Assembly (NCBI GenBank): GCA_023213395.1
Contig: CM041465.1
Location: 7,936,001 to 8,000,000, forward strand
DNA: 64,000 nt
From: Cycas panzhihuaensis
Taxonomy: Eukaryota > Plantae > Cycadophyta
Reading direction: 5' to 3'
Shown: in pieces, positions 40,431-54,174 of the stretch
Numbering within the stretch: the stretch's first letter is position 1
How the letters are laid out: the number at the start of each line of letters is the position of its first letter
Program-made: the position numbers and the translations under genes
Notes under the pieces: generated by a model
What the model saw: only the letters and a program-made list of their open reading frames with translations
What the model was told of the DNA's origin: nothing
Databases searched by the model: none

Positions 40431-42922
40431 TAATAATAATAATAATAATAAAATACCCAAGTGTTCCAAAGATAAATAATAGTCAAAGACCAATTGATTG
40501 ATTGTAAAAATATATGATATCTAATAATATAATGAAGCCATATTTATAGGTACATAATAGGTCTCTTTTAACCTTGAAAGTTGCAACTATTCGAGAAGCA
40601 TCCCTTCATGAATATTTACTTAATTAATCTTAAGAAGGTACATACGTCAAATTATTATGATATCCTTTTATTAGCAAGAGGAAACATCAAGCTAATCGTT
40701 ATCAAGTTCAAAGATGAAACATTTTAAGAAGAAGCTTTTGTTATGAATCACCTTAAATAAAGTTATTAATGAATCATTCAAATTTGTTTAATGGGCAAAA
40801 CATCTTAAGAGGGAGGAATTATTACAAACCTTATTAAGATTAATTAAGCAAATATTCATGAAGGGATACTTCTCAAATAGTTACAAATTTCAAGGTTAAA
40901 AGAGGCCTATTATATACCTATAAATATGGATTCATTATATTGTTGGATATCATATATTTTTACAATCAATCAATTGGTCTTTGACTATTATTTATCTTTA
41001 ATGCACTTGTGTATTTCCTATAAACTAACTATCTCAGGTTATAGAATAGGATACATAACACCTATAATCATGCAATAGCATGTTGAAGATGCAGAATAAT
41101 CACCATCCATATGGCAGCTCAGATTGAAGGAGGCATAGTTGTTAAAGCTGAAAGCTTTATGTAGGTTCACCATTGAATATAGTACATAATTTCAAAATGC
41201 ATGTAAATGAAGGAGACGTCAAATCCAATTATTATTAGGTATCATATTTTCTAGACATTAGGGTTGATTTTATAGGTGTGGTAATTACATGGAGATCATA
41301 AACATAGTTATGTTCATCTATTAAGGAGACGTAGCTTAAGGAGGCATTAATAGACAAAGTTAACTTAGATGTTAGTCGTTGATGAGCACATTGCAAGCTA
41401 TGGAATTACCATATGTAAATCATAATCACAAAGGCCTCTGTAGTTAACCAGTCTCATTCCACCTAAAGTTGGATTGAATGTTGGGTAAACTACTAGAAAG
41501 AGATGTTCCTTAGATGCAGTCTAAGTAGATAGAATCCTCTACCTTTTTCGGTGAAGAAATTTGGCACCTCTCTATTCTAAGTGACCTTTGTTGACTATCA
41601 TATAAAAATGGCCACCTACCATAGAGAAGAAATAAAGAACGAGTGATTGTCAATTCATAGATATTTCTCAACTTTACATGTAAATTTATGTGGAGACTAC
41701 ATGAATGGAGGGACATGAACGAAGGAAAAGAATGGATAAAATCCTACATGATGGTTGTCCATAGGGCCTTCATAAAGCATTATTACATCATCTAAAGTCT
41801 GCCCAATAACAAAGATGGAAGATGCCTAATGCTCTGCATAACAGCTAATGAAGGTGCCTATAAAAGAAAGGCATGAACTCCCCCTATAGTAAGAAAAACT
41901 TTCAGCCATCAAAGAATCATCCATGCTACCTCTACTAAACTTCGAGATCGATTCCCCTGTCCAAATCAAATGAGAATATTTCCACTGCCTCGCCTAGGGT
42001 TATGACCTAAATGCCCTTTTGTATTTACTTATTTTTAGAATTAAGTTAAATTAAAATGTATAAGGTTGGTTGCGTCTATTGGTATGTTAGGGTATTTGTT
42101 GAGAATACAAGGTCTAATCCCTTAAATCACCACCAAGATCTAACCTATTCTTACAACCAGTTACAGAAATTGAAACTAAAGACTACATACAAGTTCTTAA
42201 ACCAAAGATAAAATAAATAAACTGAACAAGAAAGACAAGAACATAAATACACCCAATATAATGTGGTAAAACCCTAGCAGTGTGCTAGAGAAACATCCAC
42301 ACAAGAAAGGTATCGATCTTTATTGTCATAGAATGGAGAAAATATATATAATCATGTAGTAGAGTGCTCACAACAATAACAACCATCTGCCCAACTCCTC
42401 ACAGTACATTGAACAACCTCAACATAATCAAATATGCCCTAAATCATACTACATGAGAGAGTTATAGAAGGCACAAATTTGGACCATAGAATCTAGGGTA
42501 TTTTTATTGGACGACACTGATTCTCTTTACAATTTAATATAGTTTCTAGTGCTAATTTTTTGGGTTAGGGGCTACTGCCCCTAAACCCCCTCTTAGCAGG
42601 GGACGTTCCACACCCCCCGCACCCTCCTAGCCAAGGGGGGCAAGAGTAAATAATATGGGGACCTACTCATTGATCTAACCACAAAGGCATGAGAAATTCC
42701 AGGACTACCTTATCATCTCCACATATTTGTTCATGCATTTTTTGTCACTATTTCGTGGTGTGGCTGCATTCTCTATTACTGATATGTTCTATGGTATCAC
42801 TCTTCGTACATTGTTTATTCCATCTTTCCATGTCTATGTCACCTTCCTTTTGTCTTTATTTAGTCACCATGTTTGTCTTCCTACATTGTCTCTCCCGTTT
42901 CTCTACATTGTTGGTTGACAAC

Positions 42923-44890
42923 AAAAGAAATCTTCATCTTTTTTAAATTTTATAGTGTTTTGGATGAAAAAATGACTAACTTACTTGTGTACAAGGTTGG
43001 TTGTCCTTATAGTTTTAGAATCACCATTAACACATGCTTTGTTGGCTTGAATTACTACAATAGTTCTTTAACTAGCTTTAATTGACCCTTAACAAGCTAA
43101 CTCCAACCACAAACATGGCCTTCACACCTGAATATTGACTCCTAAGAACCCTTATTCTCTGTTGAATAGTGATATTTATTGTTTCAACCACCACTGATAC
43201 ACTATGCCTGCATCTGTACATTATTAGGGTTGATGGATCCTCAAAACTCATATTGGGTTAGATGATGTTACCTAATAACCAACGATCACACTACTCCATT
43301 TAACATCAAGCTTTAGTTGTGTAGGACCCTACGACTTTGATACCATGTTGAAGTTGATATTAAACCAAAAGACTAAGGTAGAATTGATCCTACTATAACC
43401 CACAAACATGCCAGGCTCGACCCAGGTCGAGGAAATCCATGGAGCCGATTAAGGATGGGTTGGAAACACCTGAGGGTCTAGGAGGATACTCCAACATAGA
43501 GATCCAATTGACTTGATTCTAATTACTAATGATGCAGCTCTGAGTCTAGTTTCTAGTGCAAAAGTGGGCACCTAATTTTGTTATCATATAAGAATGTTAT
43601 TACTATTTTAGTAAACAATAATTATTTTTATAAGAATTTTAGAAAAAATATATTCTATCCACTTTGTGGGACTACTAAAAAATTTTCAGAACTTATCATG
43701 ACTTGATTCTACTTCCAAAAGATGCAACTCTAAGTCTAGTTTACAACATAAAAACTGGCACTTAATTTTATTATCATGGGAGAAAGTTATTGCTATTTTA
43801 GTGAAGAATACTTTTTTGTATTAAAAAAAATGAAGAAAATTTCTTCATTTTTTAAGGCTTTAAAGCTCATTGTAAAAGTGAGTGGAAAACACCTTGATTA
43901 GAGTGATATCTTATGTTCTCACCTCAGTTCTCAACATTTTATCTCAACATTATAAAAACACTCCAAACAAGCACTCCAAGTAAGCACCTCGCTTTTAGTT
44001 ATATATATGTTTGATGTAAATTTGATAATCTTTTCACTCTCCCTAAAAGGAATGTATCATGTGCATTATTTTATGCCATCTTGTACCTATTCACATACTT
44101 GATAAGGTTAAGACACCTTAGTTGGAAGAATGCCATGCCATAAAGGAGGTGTAGGTTTCAATTTGAGACTAGAATTAACTAGAATATTAGTGAGGTTTAG
44201 TTAGCCATACCATTGTACCTCATCTTGATAACTAATCAAGAAAACTAAAACTTTAATATAAGATTAAAATATACTTGGTTTAATATCTATCATAGCCATG
44301 GGTATATGTGTACCAATCTTCAGAGAAGGCATATAGCTACTCATTGGTCAACTGGACGAGGATTGGAAGTACCTGAGCTCTTTTGTGACTTGGATTTCAT
44401 TACCAAGCATAATTATAGGTATCATAAGTAAAGGCCAACTTAATTCCATTAGAAGCCTAAGCATCCCTTCAACAACCTCAACTATATATTGGACATAAGT
44501 TAGAGGTTATTGGGTTGATTACATATCTTACATTTGAGTTTCAGAGTTATGTGTGCCCAATAATATCAACTTTAACATTGGTATATAAATCTTCTTTATT
44601 GATTACTCACATATTTATGAGTAATAATCTATAGTGTAATCATAGTGCTACATTCCTACTGTATTAGGGTAGTTCTATCATAAGTGTTGGTGGCCAATAT
44701 TCATCATAGTGCTTCTCATATTCCTACTACGTCTGGTTAATATTTACCATAAGCGTTGGTGTTTAATTTTCATCATAGTACTTCTCATATTCCTACTATG
44801 TCAAGTTAATATTTGTCATAAGTGTTAGTGACTTTTCCCTAAGTTTCTCCCTTCATCTTTGAGTAACCATTCTCACTTCTTTATTCTTCA
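42923..44890 (-). repeat. Near-identical inverted copy of 54175-56142 inserted in array unit 5
   Basis: The reverse complement matches along its length with only scattered substitutions. It replaces about 0.5-0.6 kb of the unit, including the (TA)n tract. Confidence 0.96.
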
Positions 44891-46493
44891 AAGATAAATA
44901 ATAGTCAAAGACCAATTGATTGATTGTAAAAATATATGATATCTAATAATATAATGAAGCCATATTTATAGGTATATAATAGGCCTCTTTTAACCTTGAA
45001 AGTTGCAATTATTTAAGAAGCATCCCTTCATGAATATTTGCTTAATTAATCTTAAGAAGGTACATACGTCAGATGATTATGATATCCTTTTATTAGCAAA
45101 AGGAGACATCAAGCTAATTGTTATCATGTTCAAAGATGAAACATTTTAAGAAGAAGCTTTTGTTATAAACCACCTTAAATAAAGTCATTAACCAATTATT
45201 CAAATTTATTTCATGGGTAAAACATCTTAAGAGGCAGGAATTGTAACAGACCTTCTTAAGATTAATTAAGTAAATATTCATGAAGGGATGCTTCTCGAAT
45301 AGTTGCAACTTTCAAGGTTTAAAAAAGGCCTATTATATACCTATAAATATGGATTCATTATATTGTTGGATATCATATATTTTTATAATCAATCAATTGG
45401 TCTTTGACTATTATTTATCTTTAGTGCACTTGTGTATTTCCTACAAACTGACTGTCTGAAGTTACAGAATAGGGTACGTAACACCTGTCATCATGCAATA
45501 GCATGTTGAAGATGCAGAATAATCACCATCTATATGGTAACTTGGATTGAAGGAGGCATAGTTGTTAAAGTTGAAAGCTTTATGTAGGTTCACCATTAAA
45601 TATAATACACAATTTTAAAGTGCATATAAATGAAGGAGACGTCAAACCCAATTATTATTAGGTATCATATTTTCTAGACATTAGGTTTGATTTTACACGT
45701 GTGGTAATTACATGGATATCATAAACATAGTTATGTTCATCTATTAAGGAGCCATAGCTTACGGAGGCATTAATAGACAAAGTTAACCTAGATGTTAGTC
45801 GTTGATGAGCACATTGCAAGCTATGGAATTAACATATGTAAATCATAATCATAAAGGGCTCTATAGTTAACTAGTCTCATTCCACCTAATATTGGATTAA
45901 ATGTTAGGTAAACTACTAAAAAGAGATCTTCCTTAGATGCAATCTAAGTAGATAGAATCCTCTACCTTTTGTAGTGAAGAAATTTGGCACCTTTCTATTC
46001 TAAGTGACCTTTGTTGACTATCATATAAAGATGGCCACCTGCCATAGAGAATAAATAAATAATGAGTGATTGTCAATCCATAGATATTTCCCAACTTTGC
46101 ATGTAAATTTATGTGGAGACTACATGAATGGAGGAGAAGAATGGATAAAAGCCTACACGATGGTTGTCCATAGGGCCTTCATAAAGCATTATTACATCGT
46201 CTAAAGTTTGCCCAACAATGAAGATGGAATATGCCTAATGCTCTTCATAACAACTAATGAAGGTGCCTATAAAAGAAAGGCATGAACTCCCCCTATAGTA
46301 AGAAAAAATTTCAGTCATCAAAGAATCATCCATGCTAACTCTACCAAACTTTGAGATTGATTCCCCTATGCAAATCGAATGAGAATATTTCCACTACCTC
46401 ACCTACGGTTCTGACCTAAATGCCCTTTTGTCTTCACTTATTTTTAGAATTAAATTAAAGTAAAGTATATAAGGTTGGTTGAGTCCATTGGTA

Positions 46494-47108
46494 TGTTAGG
46501 GTATTTGTTGAGAATACAAGGTCCCAACCCTTAAATCACCACCAAGATGTAACCTATTCTTATAACTGTTTACAGAAATTAAAACTAAAGATTACATGCA
46601 AGTTCTTAAACTAAAGATAAAATAAATAAACTAAAGAAGAAAGCCAAGAACATAAATACACCCAATATAATGTGGTAAAACCCTAGTAGTATGCTAGGGA
46701 AACATCCACACAAGAAAGGTATCGATCTTTATTGTCACAGAATGGAGAAAATGTACATAATCCTATAGTAGAGTGCTCACAGCAACAATAACTAGCTGCC
46801 CAACTCCTCACAGTACATTGAACAACCTCAACATAATGAAATATGCCCTAAATCATGCTACATGAGAGAGTTATACAAGGCACAAATCTAGACCATAGAA
46901 TCTAGGGTATTTTTATCGGACGACCTTGATTCTCTTTATAATTTAATATAGTTTCCAGTGCTAATTTTTTGGGTCAGAGGCTATTGCCCCTGAACCCTCT
47001 CTTAGCGGGGGGTGTTCCATGCCCCCTGCACCCCCCTGGCCGAGGGGGGCTCTCGGCCCCCTTAGAACCCTCCGAGGAAGGTTTGGAGGGAAAATTACAC
47101 TGCCAACA
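46494..47108. mobile_element. Probable solo LTR (complete only here; truncated copies start at 33083, 36081, 39073, 42085)
   Basis: TGTTAG…CCAACA termini, a copia-LTR-type 'GTGGTAAAACCCTAG…CTAGGGAAA' motif and a GC-rich palindromic box. Flanks TGGTA/TGCCA give only a poor TSD. Confidence 0.65.
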
Positions 47109-47639
47109 TGCCAAAATTTAAGCCTCCAACTATTGTTGTCACATTACCCAATAGTATTGATATTTGATATATTAATCTAACCCTTTACAAGCTCTCATTT
47201 TGGTTAAATATTATTGTCCTTAATATGGGTCCATTAAGTACTTTTTATAAGTATTCTTTCAAGATTAGTGGATATGTTTTTATTATTTGTTGATGAGGAG
47301 ATAATGTCTCAATGGTGAAATAAGGTGATTATAATTTAATAAGTGAGTAAGGGCAAGATTTAGACTAAATCCTTTAATGTTAGTATTAAAATTCATTAAA
47401 TAATAGTAGGGCAAGGAGAATAAGTTATTTGGTGGAGATATTTGAATTGTAGAAAAGGAAGCAAACCTTGGTAAGTGGATTTAACCTAGCCATGTGATTT
47501 GAGGCATTCTTCTACTAATTTATTGAATTTATTTCAAGTTGAAGTTAATTCTAAGTAGTGTGTTTATAATTAACTCTCTCTCACATCATGGAGTTGAAAG
47601 ATATTACTATCTTTATATAAGAAAAAAATGAATACTAGT

Positions 47640-47900
47640 TAATAGATCTTCCTCTCCTATTACCTAAATAAATAGAATAAATTTCCATGTTCGAGAAATT
47701 AAAATGGAATGCATATTTAGAGCTAAAGGGTTATGGAAAATTATTCTTGATGGTACTTTAGAGATTAATGAAGAAGGGGAGGATAGTTTTAGGAGAAAGA
47801 ACAAAGTAACTACTAGTGTGATGCTTGCAACATTTTAGTTGAAGACAAAACTTATGATACCATCTTTAGAAAAGTTCTAAGACTTAGGCATGGGAAACAT
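47640..47900 (+). pseudogene. Copia gag N-terminal remnant
   Basis: 'NFHVREIKMECIFRAKGLWKIILDG'; same family as the minus-strand gag at ~58500-58590. Confidence 0.7.
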
Positions 47901-47918
47901 AAAAAAGTCCTCAAGTCA

Positions 47919-48145
47919 AGTCTCATGTCTAGTTTGAGTTAGTCCTTAGCACTAGTTATCATGTTGTCCTTAGTTTTCTTGTAGTCTCAATATTAAATAT
48001 TAAAGAGAGGTGTTAAAATATAATGTTTAATATATATGTGTTTTATATAACGTATGTCTTAGAGTCAATAGAGTTATAGTCCTAAGTATTAGAGTCTAAG
48101 GGTTATGCATTATAATAATATTATATGGGAAGTTAGAAGGTCATT
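47919..48145 (+). mobile_element. 3' end, PPT and partial LTR of the family whose LTR is at 11885
   Basis: TAAAGAGAGG|TGTTAAAATA; 48011-48145 matches 11885-~12020. Confidence 0.78.
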
Positions 48146-48245
48146 TCAATTCAATAATTTGTTAAGAATAATATTTTATCTAGGTCTTATATCACTATTG
48201 TAAGGGTTATGTATCATAAACACCTTTCTATACTCTTATGATAAG

Positions 48246-48680
48246 TGTTAAAATATTCAAAGAGATCCTTCAATATTCAAGAACAATAGAATAATGAATA
48301 TAATATGATACCATTAACTTAATATGAAAGTGATATCACAATGTCTCCACAACTAAAATAATATCATAATAGGCTCCATCTTAACTCAATGTATCTACTG
48401 CTCTACATCAACCACTTATTTATATATCAGAAGTAGGAGAAAGTCAGATGGCATGTGTTATATATGGGATAAATGACCTCTTACACAACCAACCACATAA
48501 CACCTATTTATTGACTAATAGCCTAATGACACTCACCTAAATACTTAGAACACTTAAACATTAATACATTAAACCTCATCTTCTAACACCTCCTATTAAT
48601 GTTTAATGTCAAGATCATAAAAATCGACTACCAAAAAAAAGCATGACACTTAGTACTAAATACTAACACAAGACATGAGA
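48246..48680 (-). mobile_element. LTR (~48246-48588) plus PPT and 3' end of a related element in opposite orientation
   Basis: On the minus strand ATTAATAGGAGG|TGTTAGAA; the upstream sequence resembles 47919-48010. Confidence 0.55.
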
Positions 48681-49539
48681 TGTTGTTTAAATTTGTAGTG
48701 CCTCAATCAGGGAAACTTCTTGAAGATGATATCATGGGCCCAATCTTCAACCACAATATAGTAAAAATTGTATGTCATACCTTAAAAGGAGTGGATCTAT
48801 CTTTTATCTCCATGCACTATATATAAGGACAAGAATGGGAGCAAGAGAGACTTGAGAGAGAGAGTAGCTCTCACAAAAATAAGGAGGTAAGAATGAGCCT
48901 CCTCATTGAGATTTTACTTTTATATTAAGAGAGTGAGTATTAGAGTTAGGTGAAATGAAATTATATATAGTGCATATGAAAATGCATTTCACTTAAGTGA
49001 TCTAATTTAAAGTTCACTTAAGACCCTTTTACAAATAATCAACTAATATAATGACCTTGTGACATTAACCCATTTCAATCTCTCCCTTAATAGTAGAAGG
49101 TCATTTCATCCTATTTTATTCTATCCTATGAGGTCTTTATTTGAGTCTCTTACAAAGAAAACTAATTTGACACTTTTATGAGAAATCGTCATGGGCAAGA
49201 AATCCTATGAACTTTCTAATCTACTAACATGGCTCATGTAGCTTTTTGAATGAAGCCAAATAGCTAATCAATATAATAAATTTTATAGCTAAAATCTACT
49301 AAGTATCCATATACCATTTGGTCATCCTCCATGCCTTTTCAGGTTTTCATAGGTTTTAATTTTCTAAAATGGTATAACCCTTATCCTTTTATGCCCACAA
49401 GGGGTTTTCACAAATGGGATAATACAGAGACCTACTCTTGTCCTTCTGCACCCATAAAGGGTTTTCACAAATAAGATAGACTATGATGGTCCTATTATCA
49501 TCTCCTTCAATCAATTAGAGATGGAGGCTTTAAGGCTAA

Positions 49540-52500
49540 CTTGCCTTCAGAACTATTTAAATTTCACCCTTTGTAGTGGTTTGGTAAAGATACCAGCCAC
49601 TCGATCTAATATGGGAGTAGTACCCCAGCTGAATTGTGTCGTCATGAACTAGTTCTCTAATCCTATAGACTTTCATACTTATATGTTTAGTACAATCATG
49701 AAATATAAGATTTTTAGCCATTTAGATTGTAGATTGATTATCCATATATAGGTTGGTAGAACTTATTTGAGTGACATTCAATGTATTCAATAATTTTCTA
49801 AGCCATATCACCTCCTTGCTTATCTTAGAAGTAGCAATATATTTAGCTTTAGCAATTGAGTTTACAATTATATTCTACCATCTGGATCTCCATGATATTG
49901 GTGCTATTCTAAAAAATGTTACAAACCTAAACGTAGATCTTCCTATATCTTTATTTCTAGTAAAGTCTAAGTCTATGTATGCATAAATTTTAAATTTTGC
50001 ATTGGGTTCATATAATAGACCATATTTGTTGGTTGTCTTTAGGTACCTCAACACTTATATTATAGCCTGCTAGTGATTTTGCTTAGGATTTATCATGAAT
50101 CTTATAAGAATATAGATAAGGTATGCAATATCTAGCCTTTTGTTGGTAGTATAGATGAGACTACCTATAAGTTACGTATAGAGTATTGTGTCTGCCCCCC
50201 TATGTCACCATCAGCTAAGAGTTTAATATTAGATTCCATAAGTATAGCCACTAGTCGAGCATCTTCCAACCAAAACTTTGTCAGAAAATCATTAATATAT
50301 TTTTCTTGGGAGAGAAATATTTTGTCATTCTTTTGAGTTACTTTAATTCTTGAGTAATATTTCATCAGCACAAGGTCAAATAATTTAAAAGTTTTAGTAA
50401 GGTCCTTCTTCAGTTGACTGATTACCTATTCATTATTCCTCATTATTAGCATATCATCCACAAAGATTAAGAGGTAAGTAACTTTATATTTTTAATACTT
50501 AATGAATAGTATTACATCAAAATCTTAATAACTACAAACCTCATATCTAAGTTACCTCATTCTTCTAGACAACTTGGTAAACTAAGTATGAGGGGTTTGT
50601 TTTAGGCCATACAAGGATTTTTTTAACTTGCAAACTTTATGCTTTAGAATGATGATCTTGTATCTTTTTGGTTGAGCCATATAAATTTCTTCTTTAAAGC
50701 CCCCATTAATAAATGTAGTCTTAACATTAAGTTGGTGGACTTTCTAACCCTATTAAGCAACCAAGGCTATAAGAGTTCTGATTATAGGCTGCTTAGTTAT
50801 AGGAGTAAAGATTTGAGTGTAATCAATACCTTCCCTCTGTGTGAATCCTTTTGCTACCAACCTCGCCTTGTGTTTTTCTAGGGTGCCATTTAATATGTAT
50901 TTATTTTTTAACACCTATTTATTTTGAACTACCTTCCTTCTAAGTGGTAAATCAATGAGCTCCCATGTATCATTCTTCATAAGAGATTATTACTCTTCAT
51001 TCATGGAATTCCTCCAAGCTGTATAATTTATAACATTTTGGTATGTTATGGGCTCTTCATTGAGAGCAAGGTGTAGTTCTATCAGTTCAAGCTCAATAAA
51101 AAGTGATTCATGCATATTTACTCTATGGACACTTCTAGCATTAGTTCTATCTATCTCATCTAGTTGTATGTCCTTGAATAGTTGGTAGGCTTCATGAAAA
51201 CCTCAAGTTGGGAATGAGGTTCTCATTTCTACAACCTCTTGGTCTTTCTTTATTTTGATCCTAAAAAGGACCATGTGAAATGTCTGGTATAAAGGAAGTT
51301 TATGATGTTGGAGAATATGGGTCAACCATTGATGTTGGAGAAGGTGGTCCTTCTACTATGGATTTACCTTTGTCAAATTTTCTATTCTCAAATGATGGTG
51401 TTGGATGTATACACATTATCTGGAAGTCACAACTTGTATCCTTTGGGGCTCTATTGTCATATTCCAAGATGTTAAGCAATTGTTGAGTATTTACCCCATT
51501 AAATTTTGGAATCTAGACATCAAATTCAGTGGTATTATTAAATCAGTATGAAGGTATCTTAGAGTGAAGTCTAAGCAATTGATCTTTAGTCTCTACAAAT
51601 ATAACATCTCTAGTGGTGATGATTTTGTATTGTGAAGGTAGAAAAGTCGTATACCCCTTTTTGTCTATAGAGTATCTGACAAAGATACCTTTAAGGTCTC
51701 TCTCCTAGAGCTTATTTATGTGTTCCTCTAAAATGTGAAAATAATAAGTAAAGCTAAAATTTCTAAAGTAAGAGATAGTGGGGTTTGCCCATACCACATT
51801 TCATGTGGAGAGGGATAAAGATTTGAGGGATTAACAGTGTTGATGCAATACACAATAGTCCAAATAGCCTCATCCCAAAGATAGATAGGGGCATTCATAT
51901 ATACTAGTATAGTATGAGCCATGTTCATGATGGCCCTATTCATGTGTTTGGAAACTCTATTTTGCTAGGATATACCTATAATAGTGATCTAATATTTGAT
52001 CCCATGGTGGAGAAGGTACAATTCAAACTCATTGGAGATATACTCACCACCGTTAACAATCCTGACTATTTTGATCTTGAATCTTAATTCACTTTCCATG
52101 CAAGCCTTGAAAACTTGAAACATATAAAAAGATTCAACTTTCTTTGTAAAAAAATCAACCCATACTTTTTTGGTAAAATCATTAATGAAAGTAATATAGT
52201 ACCACTTTTTGTTTGAGAGAAGAGACATGCATAGGACCACATATATTTAAGTGTACAAGCTATAAAGGTTGGCTAGATTTCCACTGGCTATGAGGAAAGA
52301 GTTGTCTTTAAGATTTGGCAATGATACATGCTTCATATTTAAAGGGCTTAAAGGAGGGCTTAGGCATACTAGGAATAGTGGTATGTAGTTCTCTTAAATT
52401 ATCAATTTTGATATGGCCCATACGATTATGTTATAGGGTCTCTTAGGACAACTTTCAAGGAGTTAGGGTTATGATAAAAGCAGAGTCATCATCAACATAA

Positions 52501-54065
52501 TTGGCTTCAGAAGATGGTGAGTCAGTTAGGTGAAAAGGTTTGCTATCAAGAATTCCATTCATAACTATAACATTCAAAGGAGGGTGAATAGCATAGAGAG
52601 TTTGATTATTTGTAGTTACACTTAGATTAAATCCATGAGAGATAAGGGTGGATAGGGAGAATATGTTATATTTTAAAGCAAGAATATACAAAACATTAAT
52701 AAGGGTAAAATCTAAAAGGCCTGAGAGTTTTAGGAAAATGGTTCTAAGTCCTTAGACTAGCTAAGATGATTTGTTAGCTATATGTACAACATCACAAACT
52801 TTAGAGTCAAAATCCTAAATGAACCAGTGATGACAAGTCATATATTATGTTGGTCTAATATCCATGATCTAAGATGGAGTATTTGAGGTGGCACTATTGG
52901 CAACTCCAAGTGGTGAAAGCAAAAGTGAATAAGCATAACCATAATGAGCCTCAATATACTTAGTGGATCTATCAATAACATTTAATAAAGTGGCCCCAAT
53001 TCTTTGAAGGTGTGCATGAGTAAATTGCATTCCACCAAAAGCATCTTCAAAACAAGTATCATTACCATTATATATACCATGGTACTATTGATAGCTTGGT
53101 AGTTTACTAATGTCAGTTCTACAATTTTTAGTATAGTGTCTTTAGCACACAATTATTTAATTTCCAATCTGATAGGAAGTATTCAACTGGCTAGATTATC
53201 TCTGATTACTGGATTTGGGTCTAGGTTAATTATTTTGGCCTTAGCCTTGAGACTATTTTTATTGGTATTAAGGAGCTTATTGACTATGAGGACATTGTTC
53301 TCATTATCTACTTTTGCCTCTTCTATGGGAATTACCACCTCTATAAGAGAATTGACCTTGATTTTTGATATAAAAAAGATATTATTACACTTCAAAAGCA
53401 ACATCAACTAGATTTGATATAGTTTCAAAGCTCATATCAAAGGTCTTATCAAATTCAATGAACTTATCAACAAGAGCCTCAAAGTTTAAGGTCTTTAAGG
53501 TGCTACTAGATTGAAGACTTCCTAATAAATTTTTATAATCTGGGATATAGAGACATGACTAAATGAAAAAATCCCATATAATTCATTGATTCTTGAAGTT
53601 TTTATCGATGGATTATTTTATGGGATGAAGGAGGTTGATTGTCTTACTTACATATCTTTTTTATATTTTCAATTTGTTCATCTTTAGCACTAGGTGAACA
53701 AATTCCAAGTTTGATTTAGTATCAAAGGTCTTCCTAAGAACTTCAAGGAATTTCCATGATGTATCATATATAGCTTCATCAATGAGGTTATACATAGAAT
53801 AACCAATGATAAGAAGTATCCCTACGCAGATTTTATCATCATCAAGTTCCCATTGGCATTTGGTTATAGCTTCAATGGGAGGAATCAAAGAAGTTCCTCT
53901 AGAGGTACCAGTGGTAATAATGGCAGTAATAATTAGTATAAGTTATAGGTGATCTCTCTAAAGACCTTCATACTTTACAGCATTTCTACCACCAATGAAT
54001 CACATATCCCAATTTTCTTTCACTTTAAGAATACAATTCATATTTTCCTTAAACTGTGAAAACAT
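49540..54065 (-). pseudogene. Copia gag-pol remnant
   Basis: Gag-like ORF 53661-53888, rve ORFs 51989-52240 and 51728-51943, 'KSLYGLKQ' (~50600-50625), 'IFVDDM' (~50450-50467), RNase H end 'VAGIFTKPL' (~49575-49600). Confidence 0.9.
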
Positions 54066-54174
54066 GGTATCTTTTGAGAAGGGAAGAAATGAATAAGGGA
54101 CTTATGAAAGTGATGGCAATAAATGACCAATCACTATTTACAAATAGAAGATGTAATGAAGTAGTGTAGTAGAA

